Part shown: piece after piece, positions 21,390-31,023 of the stretch | How positions within the stretch are numbered: the stretch's first letter is position 1 | Layout: every line of letters begins with the position of its first letter | Source: a virus | Taxonomy: Duplodnaviria; Caudoviricetes | Reading direction: 5' to 3' (one strand) | Virus record (IMG/VR): IMGVR_UViG_3300025141_000077 | Location: 712-64,711 of that record | Length of the DNA stretch: 64,000 bases | Program-made: the position numbers and the translations under genes | Notes under the pieces: generated by a model | The model's input: only the letters and a program-made list of their open reading frames with translations | Database searches by the model: none | Told to the model about the DNA's origin: nothing

Positions 21390-23247
21390 ACTTATCACCA
21401 ACACAAGCATACTCTTTAGCCCCTTGAGTTGCATCCTCAAGTTCGTATTGAGATAACTTGTTATAATTAATATTGGGGAATTTCTTTATAAGACTTTCGT
21501 AGGTATAATGGTCTATCTCCTCATAAGGAGCTAATTCATAGTGCCCACCATCATAAGGTAAGAAAGAAACACCGTTAATAATATCCCAGTTTTTGTATAC
21601 CCAGTTACCTACTTCAAACCATTCGTCTTCTTTAACATATACAGTCATACTAGCATTGTGTTCACACCAATTCAATTGTAAGTTCTTATAATGTTTTAAT
21701 TGTTCCATAGCAGTGACATCTTTCCTAGTTAGACAACCTTCAGGTGATTTTACTGGGAATTCAAATACCCAAGTTGTAGCTGTTTTTGCATCTTGTCCAT
21801 TTTCTGGATTACACGGTACCCCTTGGTCCTTTAACATTACAAATAAAGGGTCCGTTGCAGATATTCTGTATCTACGAATATAATATTGGGAATATCTAGG
21901 GTGACATCCACTAGCAGAGTCTACTAATTGAGAAACTGTGCCTGAAGGTTTAACACAAGTGGTTGCAACAGGCATATTGACATCTAATACTGTTGATGCT
22001 TTACGGGAAATGCGTATAACACGTGATTTAAGGGCCTTTAAGACCTCCGAGTTCATTAGGGAGGGGTTATCCATCTGACCGGTCAAACTAACGCCTAAAA
22101 GACGTTCTACGCCACAGTTCTTACTCCACTCCTTTCTTAGGTAAGGGAAATCTGTAAATGTAGATTGTAAAACACCTAACCAAGTAGCTGTTTCTACCTT
22201 ATCTAATAGAGTATCTAAGTCATCATCCTCTCTTACTACTACTTCAGATAAATTACAGAACTCCATATCACGTAACATTATTTCACCGCAAGGATTAGTT
22301 CCTTGTATTAATGGTGCATATCTACGTGAAGGTGCCCGATTTTGTGCGGACTTTAGATTAAATATCCCTCGTTCACCACTGCCCGATTTTGCTAGAACCC
22401 CCCATTCTACTAGGAAGTCTGCGGCAGATGGTAGTTCACGGTAAATAGCAGAGTTGTTTGCCATTGCTCTACGAATAGGGAAAGGCCAATCCTTTGCGTG
22501 ACGCATCTCATCATCGTTTAAATCAGATAGAGAAATTTGTGAACTACGTCTAACCCCACCTGCTACTACTATTTCTGCTATTTGATTTGCTATATCGTGA
22601 CATTCTAGGGTAGTTAACTTTCTACCCTGTGCGTTATGCATAGTTTCACGTAAGAAATCGTGTAGTTTAATCAAGGGTTGAGGTCCAGATGACCTACCCC
22701 CCATAGTAATGAGGCGAGCCCCCTCTGGTCTTAATTGAGAATAATCAAAGTAAAGGTTTTGCCCTTCATATAAACTGTTCATTAATGTTTTAACTGAGTC
22801 TGCCCATCCTTCTCTAGAGTCTTCGATTACTACTCTAGCTATATCTTTACCAGATTTGATTTCAGATATAGCAGGAAGTTTATCTATCTCTTTAGCTTCT
22901 ACTGAGAAACCAAACCCAGTACCACACATTAATATGTGTAAACATTCTGCAAAAGCTTCTACGCAATTTAGTTTAGCAAAAGAACAATTGTAAATAACAG
23001 TGTTATCTTTTTCAGCTGCTGGACCTGATGCCCAGAGAAACCTCATTGATGGCATTACTGCAAACTCTGTCATATATTTTCTTATCTTTCTAACTGTTTT
23101 TTCAGGTATATTTTTACCTCTTTTTGAAATTAGAAAATTAATAAATCTTTCGATTGTTTCAGGCCATTCTTCACGACGACCTTCTTCTTCCATCCACCGA
23201 GAATAAGTTCTTTTATAGATGAATTCTGCTACTTCATTTTTAAACAT
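21379..23247 (-). CDS. nrdJ: Class II (adenosylcobalamin-dependent) ribonucleotide reductase
   Basis: MPSMR, YNC, GGVRRS, TNPCGEI, KPSGT motifs; C-terminal CxxxxC; no beta subunit gene nearby. Confidence 0.92.
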   Translation of the reverse strand: MFKNEVAEFIYKRTYSRWMEEEGRREEWPETIERFINFLISKRGKNIPEKTVRKIRKYMTEFAVMPSMRFLWASGPAAEKDNTVIYNCSFAKLNCVEAFAECLHILMCGTGFGFSVEAKEIDKLPAISEIKSGKDIARVVIEDSREGWADSVKTLMNSLYEGQNLYFDYSQLRPEGARLITMGGRSSGPQPLIKLHDFLRETMHNAQGRKLTTLECHDIANQIAEIVVAGGVRRSSQISLSDLNDDEMRHAKDWPFPIRRAMANNSAIYRELPSAADFLVEWGVLAKSGSGERGIFNLKSAQNRAPSRRYAPLIQGTNPCGEIMLRDMEFCNLSEVVVREDDDLDTLLDKVETATWLGVLQSTFTDFPYLRKEWSKNCGVERLLGVSLTGQMDNPSLMNSEVLKALKSRVIRISRKASTVLDVNMPVATTCVKPSGTVSQLVDSASGCHPRYSQYYIRRYRISATDPLFVMLKDQGVPCNPENGQDAKTATTWVFEFPVKSPEGCLTRKDVTAMEQLKHYKNLQLNWCEHNASMTVYVKEDEWFEVGNWVYKNWDIINGVSFLPYDGGHYELAPYEEIDHYTYESLIKKFPNINYNKLSQYELEDATQGAKEYACVGDKCDI

Positions 23248-23281
23248 TTTATCACTTCATTTCTATTGTTTGAAATACTAC

Positions 23282-24133
23282 TTAAAGGTTTGCTGCCCAC
23301 CTTTGCCAAGGGTCATCAATCATCTTCTGTTGAAGACTTTTCTGTTCGATAGGAAGGGACCAGTTCTTTATTTTTACAAAAGTTTTTATAGTAGGTATTA
23401 CGATAATTTTACCGTGTTCCCGTATTCCCTTACAAAATGCCCAGTGTTCACAACTGCCCATCTCTCTTCCTTCTAGATTTTTAAATTTAGATTTCCTTAA
23501 TTCTGTAGCCCATTCTGAACTATTAACTGCTTTAGTTTTAACAAGTACTGCGCCTCCAAAAGCTGAGTTAACAGTGATAGGTTCTTTCTTTTCCCATTTC
23601 TTTCTATCTTCACTTTTCATAAAAGGATTGCAAGAGAGAAGTACACCTTCATTATTATCCAAATCTTGTAAAGCAAACGTGTCATAATAAGATTGCTTAT
23701 TACACTTACACATATTACATTTTACAGTCTGAAGCACACAAGGTGTACACATTACCACATCATCCTTCATATAACCTAGATATTTTTCTATAATATCAGG
23801 TGTATAGTCTACATCAGAATCTAATATAAAACAATAATCACTCTTAAGAGGTTTGATATTATTTAATAATGTATTTCTATAGTAGGTCATTTTTTCCATT
23901 CTTTCTACTTGCATTGTATGACCAAAGGGAGGAGCATTAAGTATTTCACTATATACACGCCCTTGTTTGTCAAGCATCCAAGTTTCTAACATTTCTACAG
24001 TTTTATCTTTAGAATCATTTTCATAAAAGAAATATTCCATATCATATTGTTTATCTAAAGATTCTAATCTTTTAAAAAAAGTAGGTAAACTCTTTTCACT
24101 ATCTCTAAACAAACACATTACGGTTATTTTCAT
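23282..24133 (-). CDS. GT-A fold glycosyltransferase (Anp1/CAP59-like)
   Basis: YENDSKDKT, RN, LDSD (DxD), YYDTFA, SAFGG, CEH motifs. Confidence 0.85.
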   Translation of the reverse strand: MKITVMCLFRDSEKSLPTFFKRLESLDKQYDMEYFFYENDSKDKTVEMLETWMLDKQGRVYSEILNAPPFGHTMQVERMEKMTYYRNTLLNNIKPLKSDYCFILDSDVDYTPDIIEKYLGYMKDDVVMCTPCVLQTVKCNMCKCNKQSYYDTFALQDLDNNEGVLLSCNPFMKSEDRKKWEKKEPITVNSAFGGAVLVKTKAVNSSEWATELRKSKFKNLEGREMGSCEHWAFCKGIREHGKIIVIPTIKTFVKIKNWSLPIEQKSLQQKMIDDPWQRWAANL

Positions 24134-25038
24134 TACTTCTCCAAGTATTTCTTTGTTAATTCATTATAGATATCTTTGTATATCTTATCATTAAATTTAA
24201 ACTTTGTTATTACTTTATCATATACAGGCATTGTGCCGTACTGATGCATTTGATAATTAGCTGGGTCTGCGTGGAAACCTTTTTCACCTATATATTGTGC
24301 TAGGTTAACAGAAGGTGATACCTTTACTTGCTTTTCTAATAATAAGACTGCTGTTTTACATCCATCTTGACCTAAAGCTATATCTTGTTTAATCCCATTG
24401 GCAGCATAGAAATCTGCTATCTGTTGCCACGGCCTAAATCTGTAATCTTTATCTCCAATAATGTCGTAAAATTCCAACATTAATGTTCTTCTTTTAAGCC
24501 ATTGTTTTTTAGATACTCCAATTGCCCAAAGGTGACCCATTCTTCTAATCAAAGAAGGAGGTCCTACTTCAGGAAATCTACTACCACCTACCTCACCATA
24601 AGCATTAATCATACCAACCCTATCGTCGTCCCTAAAATGGTCAAACATATTAACCATAGTTTCCATATAAGGAGGTGCAAGTATAAGGTCATCTTCTAAG
24701 AAAATTACTTCTTCATATTCTTGCTCTAAAAATAATTTTTCTTCACATCTTTTCCAATTAAGACCAATCCCTATATTTGTTTTACTATATTCTATATGTC
24801 CTTTTGGGAAGTATTCTTTAAATAATTCAATACATTTATCTATATCGTTTTGATTAGCTGCTCTTCTCCAAGAGAACTGATTAAGATTACCGTCTTGAAA
24901 TAACCAATAATCGAAATTTGTATAAGTTTGTTCTTTGAGTGAATCTAATACCTTTTTTAAATAATCAGGTCGATTGAAAGATAATATTGCTACTGCTCTT
25001 TTTCCTTCCATCCATTCTTCTGGTTCGTATCTACTCAT
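24133..25038 (-). CDS. GT-A fold glycosyltransferase (GT2/GT13-like)
   Basis: FNRPDYL, FQDG, IFLEDD, IGEKGFH motifs. Confidence 0.85.
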   Translation of the reverse strand: MSRYEPEEWMEGKRAVAILSFNRPDYLKKVLDSLKEQTYTNFDYWLFQDGNLNQFSWRRAANQNDIDKCIELFKEYFPKGHIEYSKTNIGIGLNWKRCEEKLFLEQEYEEVIFLEDDLILAPPYMETMVNMFDHFRDDDRVGMINAYGEVGGSRFPEVGPPSLIRRMGHLWAIGVSKKQWLKRRTLMLEFYDIIGDKDYRFRPWQQIADFYAANGIKQDIALGQDGCKTAVLLLEKQVKVSPSVNLAQYIGEKGFHADPANYQMHQYGTMPVYDKVITKFKFNDKIYKDIYNELTKKYLEK

Positions 25039-25861
25039 TTTCCATCACTCCTTTAAAACATTTTTCTATAGCTACAAGGGGGTCTACATTAAATGTCCAC
25101 CCATAATCTTTTATTTTTAATACATCTGCTCTACTGACTCGTACATCTCCTAGTCTACGTGGAGCGTAATCCCATTCAGGTGAATAGTATTTTTCTACTA
25201 TTTCCTTTACATCGTTTATAGTTATATTTGCTCCAGTTCCTACATCAAAGACGTGACCACCTAAAGAATGTTTACATTTCATACAAAAAATATTAACGTC
25301 TACTATATCATCTATGTGAATATAATCTCTGACTTGTTCACCGTCTCCATCAATTCTTAATGTTTCCCCTCGTCTTATTTTTTCCATCCACGAAGATATA
25401 ACAGAAGAGTAAGCTCCATCATAACTTTGGTCTTCAGAGAATACATTAAAATATCGTAAACAAACAGTTTCTAATCCGTATAATTCCCAATATAATTTAC
25501 ATTCTAGTTCAGTCATTAACTTATGTAATCCATATGGTGAAGCAGGGCTTCCAGAATTACCATAAACTGCAGCAGAAGATGAAAAGATAAATCTTTTTAC
25601 TTTATGTTTAGAACACCATTCTAATAATTTAGAAGAAGTTAATACATTTTGTTTAAAAGTATAATAGGGATGGTCTATAGAAAACGGTACTTGAGGGAAA
25701 GCGGCAAGGTGAAAAACATAATCCACGTCCATATCCGGCAGACATTCTAAAACATCTTTGCCGTCTTTCAAATCTATACCGATTACGTCTTCCCCTAACT
25801 CTAATAGTTTATTATATATCTTGCTTCCAATATATCCTTTATGACCTGTAACTAAAATCAT
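25031..25861 (-). CDS. NAD-dependent nucleotide-sugar epimerase/dehydratase (extended SDR)
   Basis: TGHKGYIG, HLAA, SSSAAVYG, YGLHK, LRYFNV, RDYIHIDD motifs. Confidence 0.93.
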   Translation of the reverse strand: MILVTGHKGYIGSKIYNKLLELGEDVIGIDLKDGKDVLECLPDMDVDYVFHLAAFPQVPFSIDHPYYTFKQNVLTSSKLLEWCSKHKVKRFIFSSSAAVYGNSGSPASPYGLHKLMTELECKLYWELYGLETVCLRYFNVFSEDQSYDGAYSSVISSWMEKIRRGETLRIDGDGEQVRDYIHIDDIVDVNIFCMKCKHSLGGHVFDVGTGANITINDVKEIVEKYYSPEWDYAPRRLGDVRVSRADVLKIKDYGWTFNVDPLVAIEKCFKGVMENE

Positions 25862-26361
25862 TCTATATCTCCTTTAAGTTTGCACATAAAATGTAATGAA
25901 CCATCTTTATCTCCTTTATATGTTTTGAGATATAGTATCCTGTCTTTATAAAAGTTTACATCAAACGCATCTAGTAGGGTAGAATGTATATCAGGTAAGA
26001 ATTGGTATCTTGCACTGTCTCCATCTTGGTCTAATTCAGTGTCTTTTAAAGTTCCCCTTTTTCTACTAACAAGGTCTTGAATCCAAAACTGTTTACAAGA
26101 ATTAAACACGTTATTAAACCATAACTCAGGGTCTGGAGAATAATGAAATACATTCATTGCAATTATAATATCATATTTATCTTTTATTTTTTTATTCAAA
26201 TCCCAATCTTCTTTTCTTTTCACTGTCATTGTAGCTTGAGGAAACAAAGTTCTTATTAACTTTTCTTGTTCTTCATTAGGAGAGAGAAGACAAAAGGATT
26301 TTTCATCACTATACCATAAGGGAAAGTAAGTTCGATAAGATACATAGTCTTGTTTAATCAT
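25858..26361 (-). CDS. Putative class I SAM-dependent methyltransferase (degenerate motif I)
   Basis: KYDIIIAMNVFHYSPDP resembles the D-x-x-x-x-x-x-VLEH region; inside the glycan cassette. Confidence 0.55.
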   Translation of the reverse strand: MIKQDYVSYRTYFPLWYSDEKSFCLLSPNEEQEKLIRTLFPQATMTVKRKEDWDLNKKIKDKYDIIIAMNVFHYSPDPELWFNNVFNSCKQFWIQDLVSRKRGTLKDTELDQDGDSARYQFLPDIHSTLLDAFDVNFYKDRILYLKTYKGDKDGSLHFMCKLKGDIE

Positions 26362-27229
26362 TTTTTACCCTTTCTATTAAATCTTCCCATCTATTTTTCC
26401 AATGTCTAAGACTTACATTATCATCTACCCATTTGCGAGGGTTATATAAATGATAGTTATCGTATATATCTGTTAATCTTTTTTCAATCAAATCTAAATT
26501 ATCACGGGCTTCCCAAGATATAAAATGACCACACGTGTTGTCACAGTCCCCTCCAAAGAGACTAACATCAGTTGAAAGAACTGGTAGTCCACAAGCCAAT
26601 GCATCTAATTGGGAATAACTACAACCTTCACATAAAGATAGAGTGAGATAGATAGAAGCTTGGGCATAAGCTTCCATTTTAGATTCTTCTGTCATACCAC
26701 AATCTAATTGTATGTATTCAAAGTTACCTCTTTCTTGTAATAGAGGGATAACACTTTCCCCTTTATTAAATCCTCTCCAATCACCTAATACTTTACGTGA
26801 TTTGACCGGCAATTCAGAAGGATTAAGTCCAGAATAGTGAGGGATTAAGGTTCCTTCTATATCATAATGCCTTTTAAATTCCCTTTGCATAAAGATTGAA
26901 GGAGCTACAAAATAAGTGTTTTTTCTTTTTGACATTCTATTTTGACTATTAACATAATATTGACCGTTCCATAGAGGTTCCCTTTCTTGGTGGGTTTTAG
27001 AACATCCGTGATGAACTACAATACACTTAACCCCATCGGGTATTTCTGTACACATTCCATTATCTGTGATAACAATGTCATCTCTTTCTAATTGACTTAA
27101 CATCATATTCTTTTGTAATCGAATAAAGGTTTTAATATCTAATATTTTTTTTAATTCATTATCAAATCGAGGGACTCCTCCAAAGGAACCAACTTCGTAT
27201 GAGGTATCAATATAATGTATAAGTTTCAT
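26354..27229 (-). CDS. GT-B fold (GT4-like) glycosyltransferase
   Basis: GGVPR, HHG, VAPS, KG, EGCSYSQLDALACGLPVLSTDV motifs. Confidence 0.88.
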   Translation of the reverse strand: MKLIHYIDTSYEVGSFGGVPRFDNELKKILDIKTFIRLQKNMMLSQLERDDIVITDNGMCTEIPDGVKCIVVHHGCSKTHQEREPLWNGQYYVNSQNRMSKRKNTYFVAPSIFMQREFKRHYDIEGTLIPHYSGLNPSELPVKSRKVLGDWRGFNKGESVIPLLQERGNFEYIQLDCGMTEESKMEAYAQASIYLTLSLCEGCSYSQLDALACGLPVLSTDVSLFGGDCDNTCGHFISWEARDNLDLIEKRLTDIYDNYHLYNPRKWVDDNVSLRHWKNRWEDLIERVKND

Positions 27230-27846
27230 ATTACCTCTTTAATATAATTAATTATTTGAGGAAGTTTCCAATCACTTTTACTTTCTTCAATTTCCCAAGT
27301 TAGATGTAGTCCTATGTGGTCGTCCATTTTAAAGTCATTGATATTGTTATATATATAACTTGAGGTACCATAAAACTTATCTTCTGGTGTATATACTATA
27401 AGGTCTTTATAATCTATATTAGGAGGGTTTACTCCAGTAGTAATAGACCTAAATTTACATTGTATTAAAGCGTCTACAAGATTTTGACTAATACGATTAA
27501 AGGTAGGTATATACAAAGGGGATAACGTAGTATCTTTAAGGATTTCCTTTCCTTCTTTTAATATTTTTACTATTTCATCTACACTTTTATTACGAAATTC
27601 TTCTCTATCTTCGTTGTATGAACTCCACGTATAAAAATTATGATGAACTCCGTGCATACATACAATACAGTGAGTAAGACTGTTAAGAAATTCTATATCC
27701 TTTTCATTGATAAGTTTAGGGACCACCCCTAAATGATAATATATTCCTGCATCTTCAAATAATTGTAATACTTTTTTAAATAGATTAAACCTGTTAGGGA
27801 TGATAGGTTTCACTCCTGTAGGGTAGTCATCTATTCTAATAATCAT
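27226..27846 (-). CDS. Polysaccharide deacetylase (NodB/CE4-like)
   Basis: IRIDD, GVVP, MHGVHH, EF, PTFN motifs. Confidence 0.8.
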   Translation of the reverse strand: MIIRIDDYPTGVKPIIPNRFNLFKKVLQLFEDAGIYYHLGVVPKLINEKDIEFLNSLTHCIVCMHGVHHNFYTWSSYNEDREEFRNKSVDEIVKILKEGKEILKDTTLSPLYIPTFNRISQNLVDALIQCKFRSITTGVNPPNIDYKDLIVYTPEDKFYGTSSYIYNNINDFKMDDHIGLHLTWEIEESKSDWKLPQIINYIKEVI

Positions 27847-28334
27847 TTTACTTTCAAAGCTACCATACTTTGCCCTTCTTTTACACTTTCTATTTCTTCA
27901 TACCAGTCGAATGGTCCATTACGTAAGGGTTCTCTAGCCCAAAAATCGTGTATGAACACCACTGCATTTTCATTTAAGTATGGTATAATTTTTTCTGAAC
28001 AAGCTACTCTTGCTCTTCCATCTATAAAAACTAAATCATATTTCTTATTTATTCTATCTACATAATTAATATAATCTTCAAACTGTTCGTCTTTAGTAGG
28101 TATAGTAGGGTTATATATCCCATTAGTAGGAACATAAGTTAATGTAACATTGTCCCCTTTATCTTTTTTTACTTTATTATACCAATTGAAATCGTGTTCT
28201 ATACTATATAATTCTTTAACTAATTTACCAAAATGAGAGGTACTACCACCACTTCCCCATTCTAACATAATAGTATTCGGAGTAATATATTTTTCAATTA
28301 GCTCCCTTTCTGTCGTTCCCATATACAATTTCAT
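27843..28334 (-). CDS. Class I SAM-dependent methyltransferase, probably glycan-acting
   Basis: LEWGSGGST, SIEHD, VFIDGRAR, IHD motifs. Confidence 0.85.
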   Translation of the reverse strand: MKLYMGTTERELIEKYITPNTIMLEWGSGGSTSHFGKLVKELYSIEHDFNWYNKVKKDKGDNVTLTYVPTNGIYNPTIPTKDEQFEDYINYVDRINKKYDLVFIDGRARVACSEKIIPYLNENAVVFIHDFWAREPLRNGPFDWYEEIESVKEGQSMVALKVK

Positions 28335-28403
28335 TTATAATCCACTAAAATTTTATTCCCCGATACGGGATATCTGCGAGAATTTGTAGTTAATACACCC
28401 ATT

Positions 28404-28553
28404 CTAGGAACGTTTGCGAGGAGGTGTGAAGGGATTACTTGCTTGATTTAGTATTTCACCATCAGCTTTTGTAACTACTTCTGCTTCAATTTCTAATTCT
28501 TTTGCCTCTTCAACTATTTTTTCCAACTTTTCTTTCTTATCTTTCTTAGTCAT
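28404..28553 (-). CDS. Small hypothetical protein
   Basis: Probable start MTKKDKK just after the upstream stop. Confidence 0.5.
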   Translation of the reverse strand: MTKKDKKEKLEKIVEEAKELEIEAEVVTKADGEILNQASNPFTPPRKRS

Positions 28554-28554
28554 A

Positions 28555-28842
28555 CTAAGCACTTCCAGATAATGTCTCATAGGTTTCACCTATAAGTGCT
28601 GATTGGTGCATCTCTGACTCTGACCAAGGAACTATTGTCCCTGATAGAGAGTTGTATGCTAATGTTACTACTTCTTGGTCTGTTTTACCTGAAGCAGATG
28701 AGCTTGCTACTATAGTATCCCAATATTGCGCTCTACAGTTTGGTGTACACGTTGCTGTAAAACCAACACATACTCCAGTAGGAGCATCACTAGGGTACCA
28801 TTCATATCTTGTAACCTTTACGGTTGTATAACAGTCTGCCAT
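28555..28842 (-). CDS. Small beta-rich protein, possibly virion/fibre-associated
   Basis: 95 aa, good SD, three Ser-Gly motifs like the structural proteins. Confidence 0.55.
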   Translation of the reverse strand: MADCYTTVKVTRYEWYPSDAPTGVCVGFTATCTPNCRAQYWDTIVASSSASGKTDQEVVTLAYNSLSGTIVPWSESEMHQSALIGETYETLSGSA

Positions 28843-28844
28843 AT

Positions 28845-28997
28845 TTATTTCCTCTTTCTTTTTGTTGTTTTGCGTTTCTTCTTCCCAGCAGTATTATACG
28901 CAATTGCTGCTGCTTGTTTCGGTTTATAACCTTCTTTCCTCAATTTGCGGATGTTTCCACTAATTGTCTTCTTGCTCTTGCCCTTCTTCAGAGGCAT
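28845..28997 (-). CDS. Small very basic phage protein (50 aa; not in ORF track), putative DNA-binding
   Basis: MPLKKGKSKKTISGNIRKLRKEGYKPKQAAAIAYNTAGKKKRKTTKRKRK; resembles a widespread MPLKKG..NI..QAxAIA phage family. Confidence 0.7.
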   Translation of the reverse strand: MPLKKGKSKKTISGNIRKLRKEGYKPKQAAAIAYNTAGKKKRKTTKRKRK

Positions 28998-29271
28998 TGG
29001 CATCCTCCTGTAAACCTACAATGTATTCTTGCCACGCTTCTTCAAGTTCTTGTTCTGATATAAAATCATTAACTACTTGAGCATTTTGCTGTATCACACC
29101 TTCTACCTGACGATGGGATTGTTCTACATTCCCTAATCTATCTCCGAGTGTTTTTAATTGAGTAATGAGGAAATTCATATTAGTAAATACTAATTTGTCA
29201 TCATTACCAGCCTCAAATTGGGCTATCCAGCTTTCTAGTTCTTCAACTTTTCTTTCCAGTTTCTTTGTCAT
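28960..29271 (-). CDS. Coiled-coil hypothetical protein
   Basis: GAGGT SD; helical, Gln/Glu-rich. Confidence 0.65.
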   Translation of the reverse strand: MTKKLERKVEELESWIAQFEAGNDDKLVFTNMNFLITQLKTLGDRLGNVEQSHRQVEGVIQQNAQVVNDFISEQELEEAWQEYIVGLQEDANASEEGQEQEDN

Positions 29272-29279
29272 CTATAACC

Positions 29280-30350
29280 TCAGCACACACAATATTTATG
29301 TTTGCATATTTTTAGTTCTATTAACTTATCACCTGAATATCTATTTATACCTTTCGTCCGAAGGTTAGTAATATGATACCCAGCTGAGCCGTCATCGTTA
29401 TACCATCCCCAGTCACCAGCAGGTTCGTCGTTAAAGATAGCTTTAAAAACAAACGATATGTCACGGTCTTTCCAATTAGCATTTATTAACTCCACTGCAA
29501 CAGCAGTATTTTCGGAATGACCTAAGTGACCTTTCTCTATACCCTCATTTATTAATGCAAGTATACAGTCACGGGGTGGAATAATGTAATCTAATTTGAT
29601 ATCCCCTCTGGGATTATCATATTCTTTTCCATTTATTAAATCAATTAAATGGTCTATCGAATTAGTTGGTGTATATGTAATACCTAGTTTATCGCATACA
29701 TAATAGATAAAATCTTTTGCTGCTTGTAAATTACTGGTACGAGAATTAATTATCTGGGTATTATCTCTATATGATAGTGTTATAATATCATCCAGTTCTA
29801 ATTCTAACATTTCATCTACAGTTATTTGAACACACTTTTTACCATTAAGTTCCCCTGTTTTTTTATTAATGTAGGGGGTATCGGGCATTCTACGTAAACA
29901 AGAGACACTATTATTGATACATTGTGTATCTAAAGTTGTTAAGGTATATTTTTTCCTTAAAAATAATAAGTAATCTTTTATCATAACTCGTTTAATACTG
30001 TCTGAAATATTAATAATAAGTGGGAAATCGATGTTTAATTGGAATCCTCTACCTCCTGTATAATATATACGAGGTATTAGATTATTAGGTTTACAATATC
30101 TATTATATAATTTACGTACATCTTTTAAACATTTGTTTACATCTTTATCGTGGTCAAAGTCAAACCATATAGTATTAATGACAGCACTATCGTAGATAGT
30201 CTTGCCGTTTTCTACCCCAGTAAAAGTATACACACTAACATAACAGTTGTTATTACCCGAGTGTTTATCAGATAATTTTAATATATCTTCTACGTTATAG
30301 CACTTAGCTATTCTTTGCGGGATACCGAACTCTCTGAATCCTTTAGACAC
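29280..30350 (-). CDS. Archaeo-eukaryotic primase: PriS catalytic domain fused to a PriL-CTD-like domain
   Basis: YVSVY, WFDFD, TGGRGFQ, RRMP; C-terminal PPRDCI...LGH...YHI...RY...ICKHKYC. Confidence 0.85.
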   Translation of the reverse strand: MSKGFREFGIPQRIAKCYNVEDILKLSDKHSGNNNCYVSVYTFTGVENGKTIYDSAVINTIWFDFDHDKDVNKCLKDVRKLYNRYCKPNNLIPRIYYTGGRGFQLNIDFPLIINISDSIKRVMIKDYLLFLRKKYTLTTLDTQCINNSVSCLRRMPDTPYINKKTGELNGKKCVQITVDEMLELELDDIITLSYRDNTQIINSRTSNLQAAKDFIYYVCDKLGITYTPTNSIDHLIDLINGKEYDNPRGDIKLDYIIPPRDCILALINEGIEKGHLGHSENTAVAVELINANWKDRDISFVFKAIFNDEPAGDWGWYNDDGSAGYHITNLRTKGINRYSGDKLIELKICKHKYCVC

Positions 30351-30562
30351 AACTCCTCCATTTCAACTACCCAAGAAGTAGGGATGCATATAAAATCTAC
30401 CCCATCTATATCAGAGTAATGATAGTTGATTATGATAGCTCTTTCACATTGAGCTACGACTTCCCCAATAGTTTCACAATATGATAAGTGATTACTAGGG
30501 TCTTTAATATCTATTTTACTCTGTTGAGTAGCGTTAGTTGCATCAAACCATTTAATTTTCAT
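30308..30562 (-). CDS. Small beta-barrel phage protein (possibly Sm-like)
   Basis: IKWFDA...ETIG...CIPTSWV pattern of a common viral family. Confidence 0.5.
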   Translation of the reverse strand: MKIKWFDATNATQQSKIDIKDPSNHLSYCETIGEVVAQCERAIIINYHYSDIDGVDFICIPTSWVVEMEELCLKDSESSVSRKE

Positions 30563-30572
30563 TAATGGTCCC

Positions 30573-30935
30573 CTACTCCCTAACACTTTCTTTCCACTCC
30601 TTGAACAATCCTGCCACTACAAATATATCATTATCTTCTGACCCGAAGTATTGACAATTTGATGGCGTTTCATTTACAAATATACCCTGACGTGGCCTAT
30701 CGAACAATAACCTATCATAAGGTATTTGTTGAATCTTTAACCAATTTTCAGTCTTTAGTTTTGTTTCCATTTCGTTTGAACGCTTGGTCCATATAGTTAT
30801 ATGATGACCTTGCTTCTTTAACCATTGCATAAATTCGGTTACATTGGCAATGGGTTTACATAAACCATAATCTGCATTAGGGGAACATATAACGTGCTCC
30901 ATTTCAAAAATTAGATTCATTGCATCATCCTCCAC
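30573..30935 (-). CDS. HAD-fold capsule-biosynthesis phosphatase-like protein with degenerate catalytic motifs
   Basis: FEMEHVIC in place of DxDGT; GHHITIWTKR; IPYDRLLFDRP; FVNE in place of IDD. Confidence 0.65.
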   Translation of the reverse strand: MEDDAMNLIFEMEHVICSPNADYGLCKPIANVTEFMQWLKKQGHHITIWTKRSNEMETKLKTENWLKIQQIPYDRLLFDRPRQGIFVNETPSNCQYFGSEDNDIFVVAGLFKEWKESVRE

Positions 30936-31023
30936 CTTAAATATTCTATCATTATAAAGGTCCAGAGTATAATAAAAATCATTATATCTAAATGATTTGT
31001 GCTTTCATACTCACTTAACCAAC

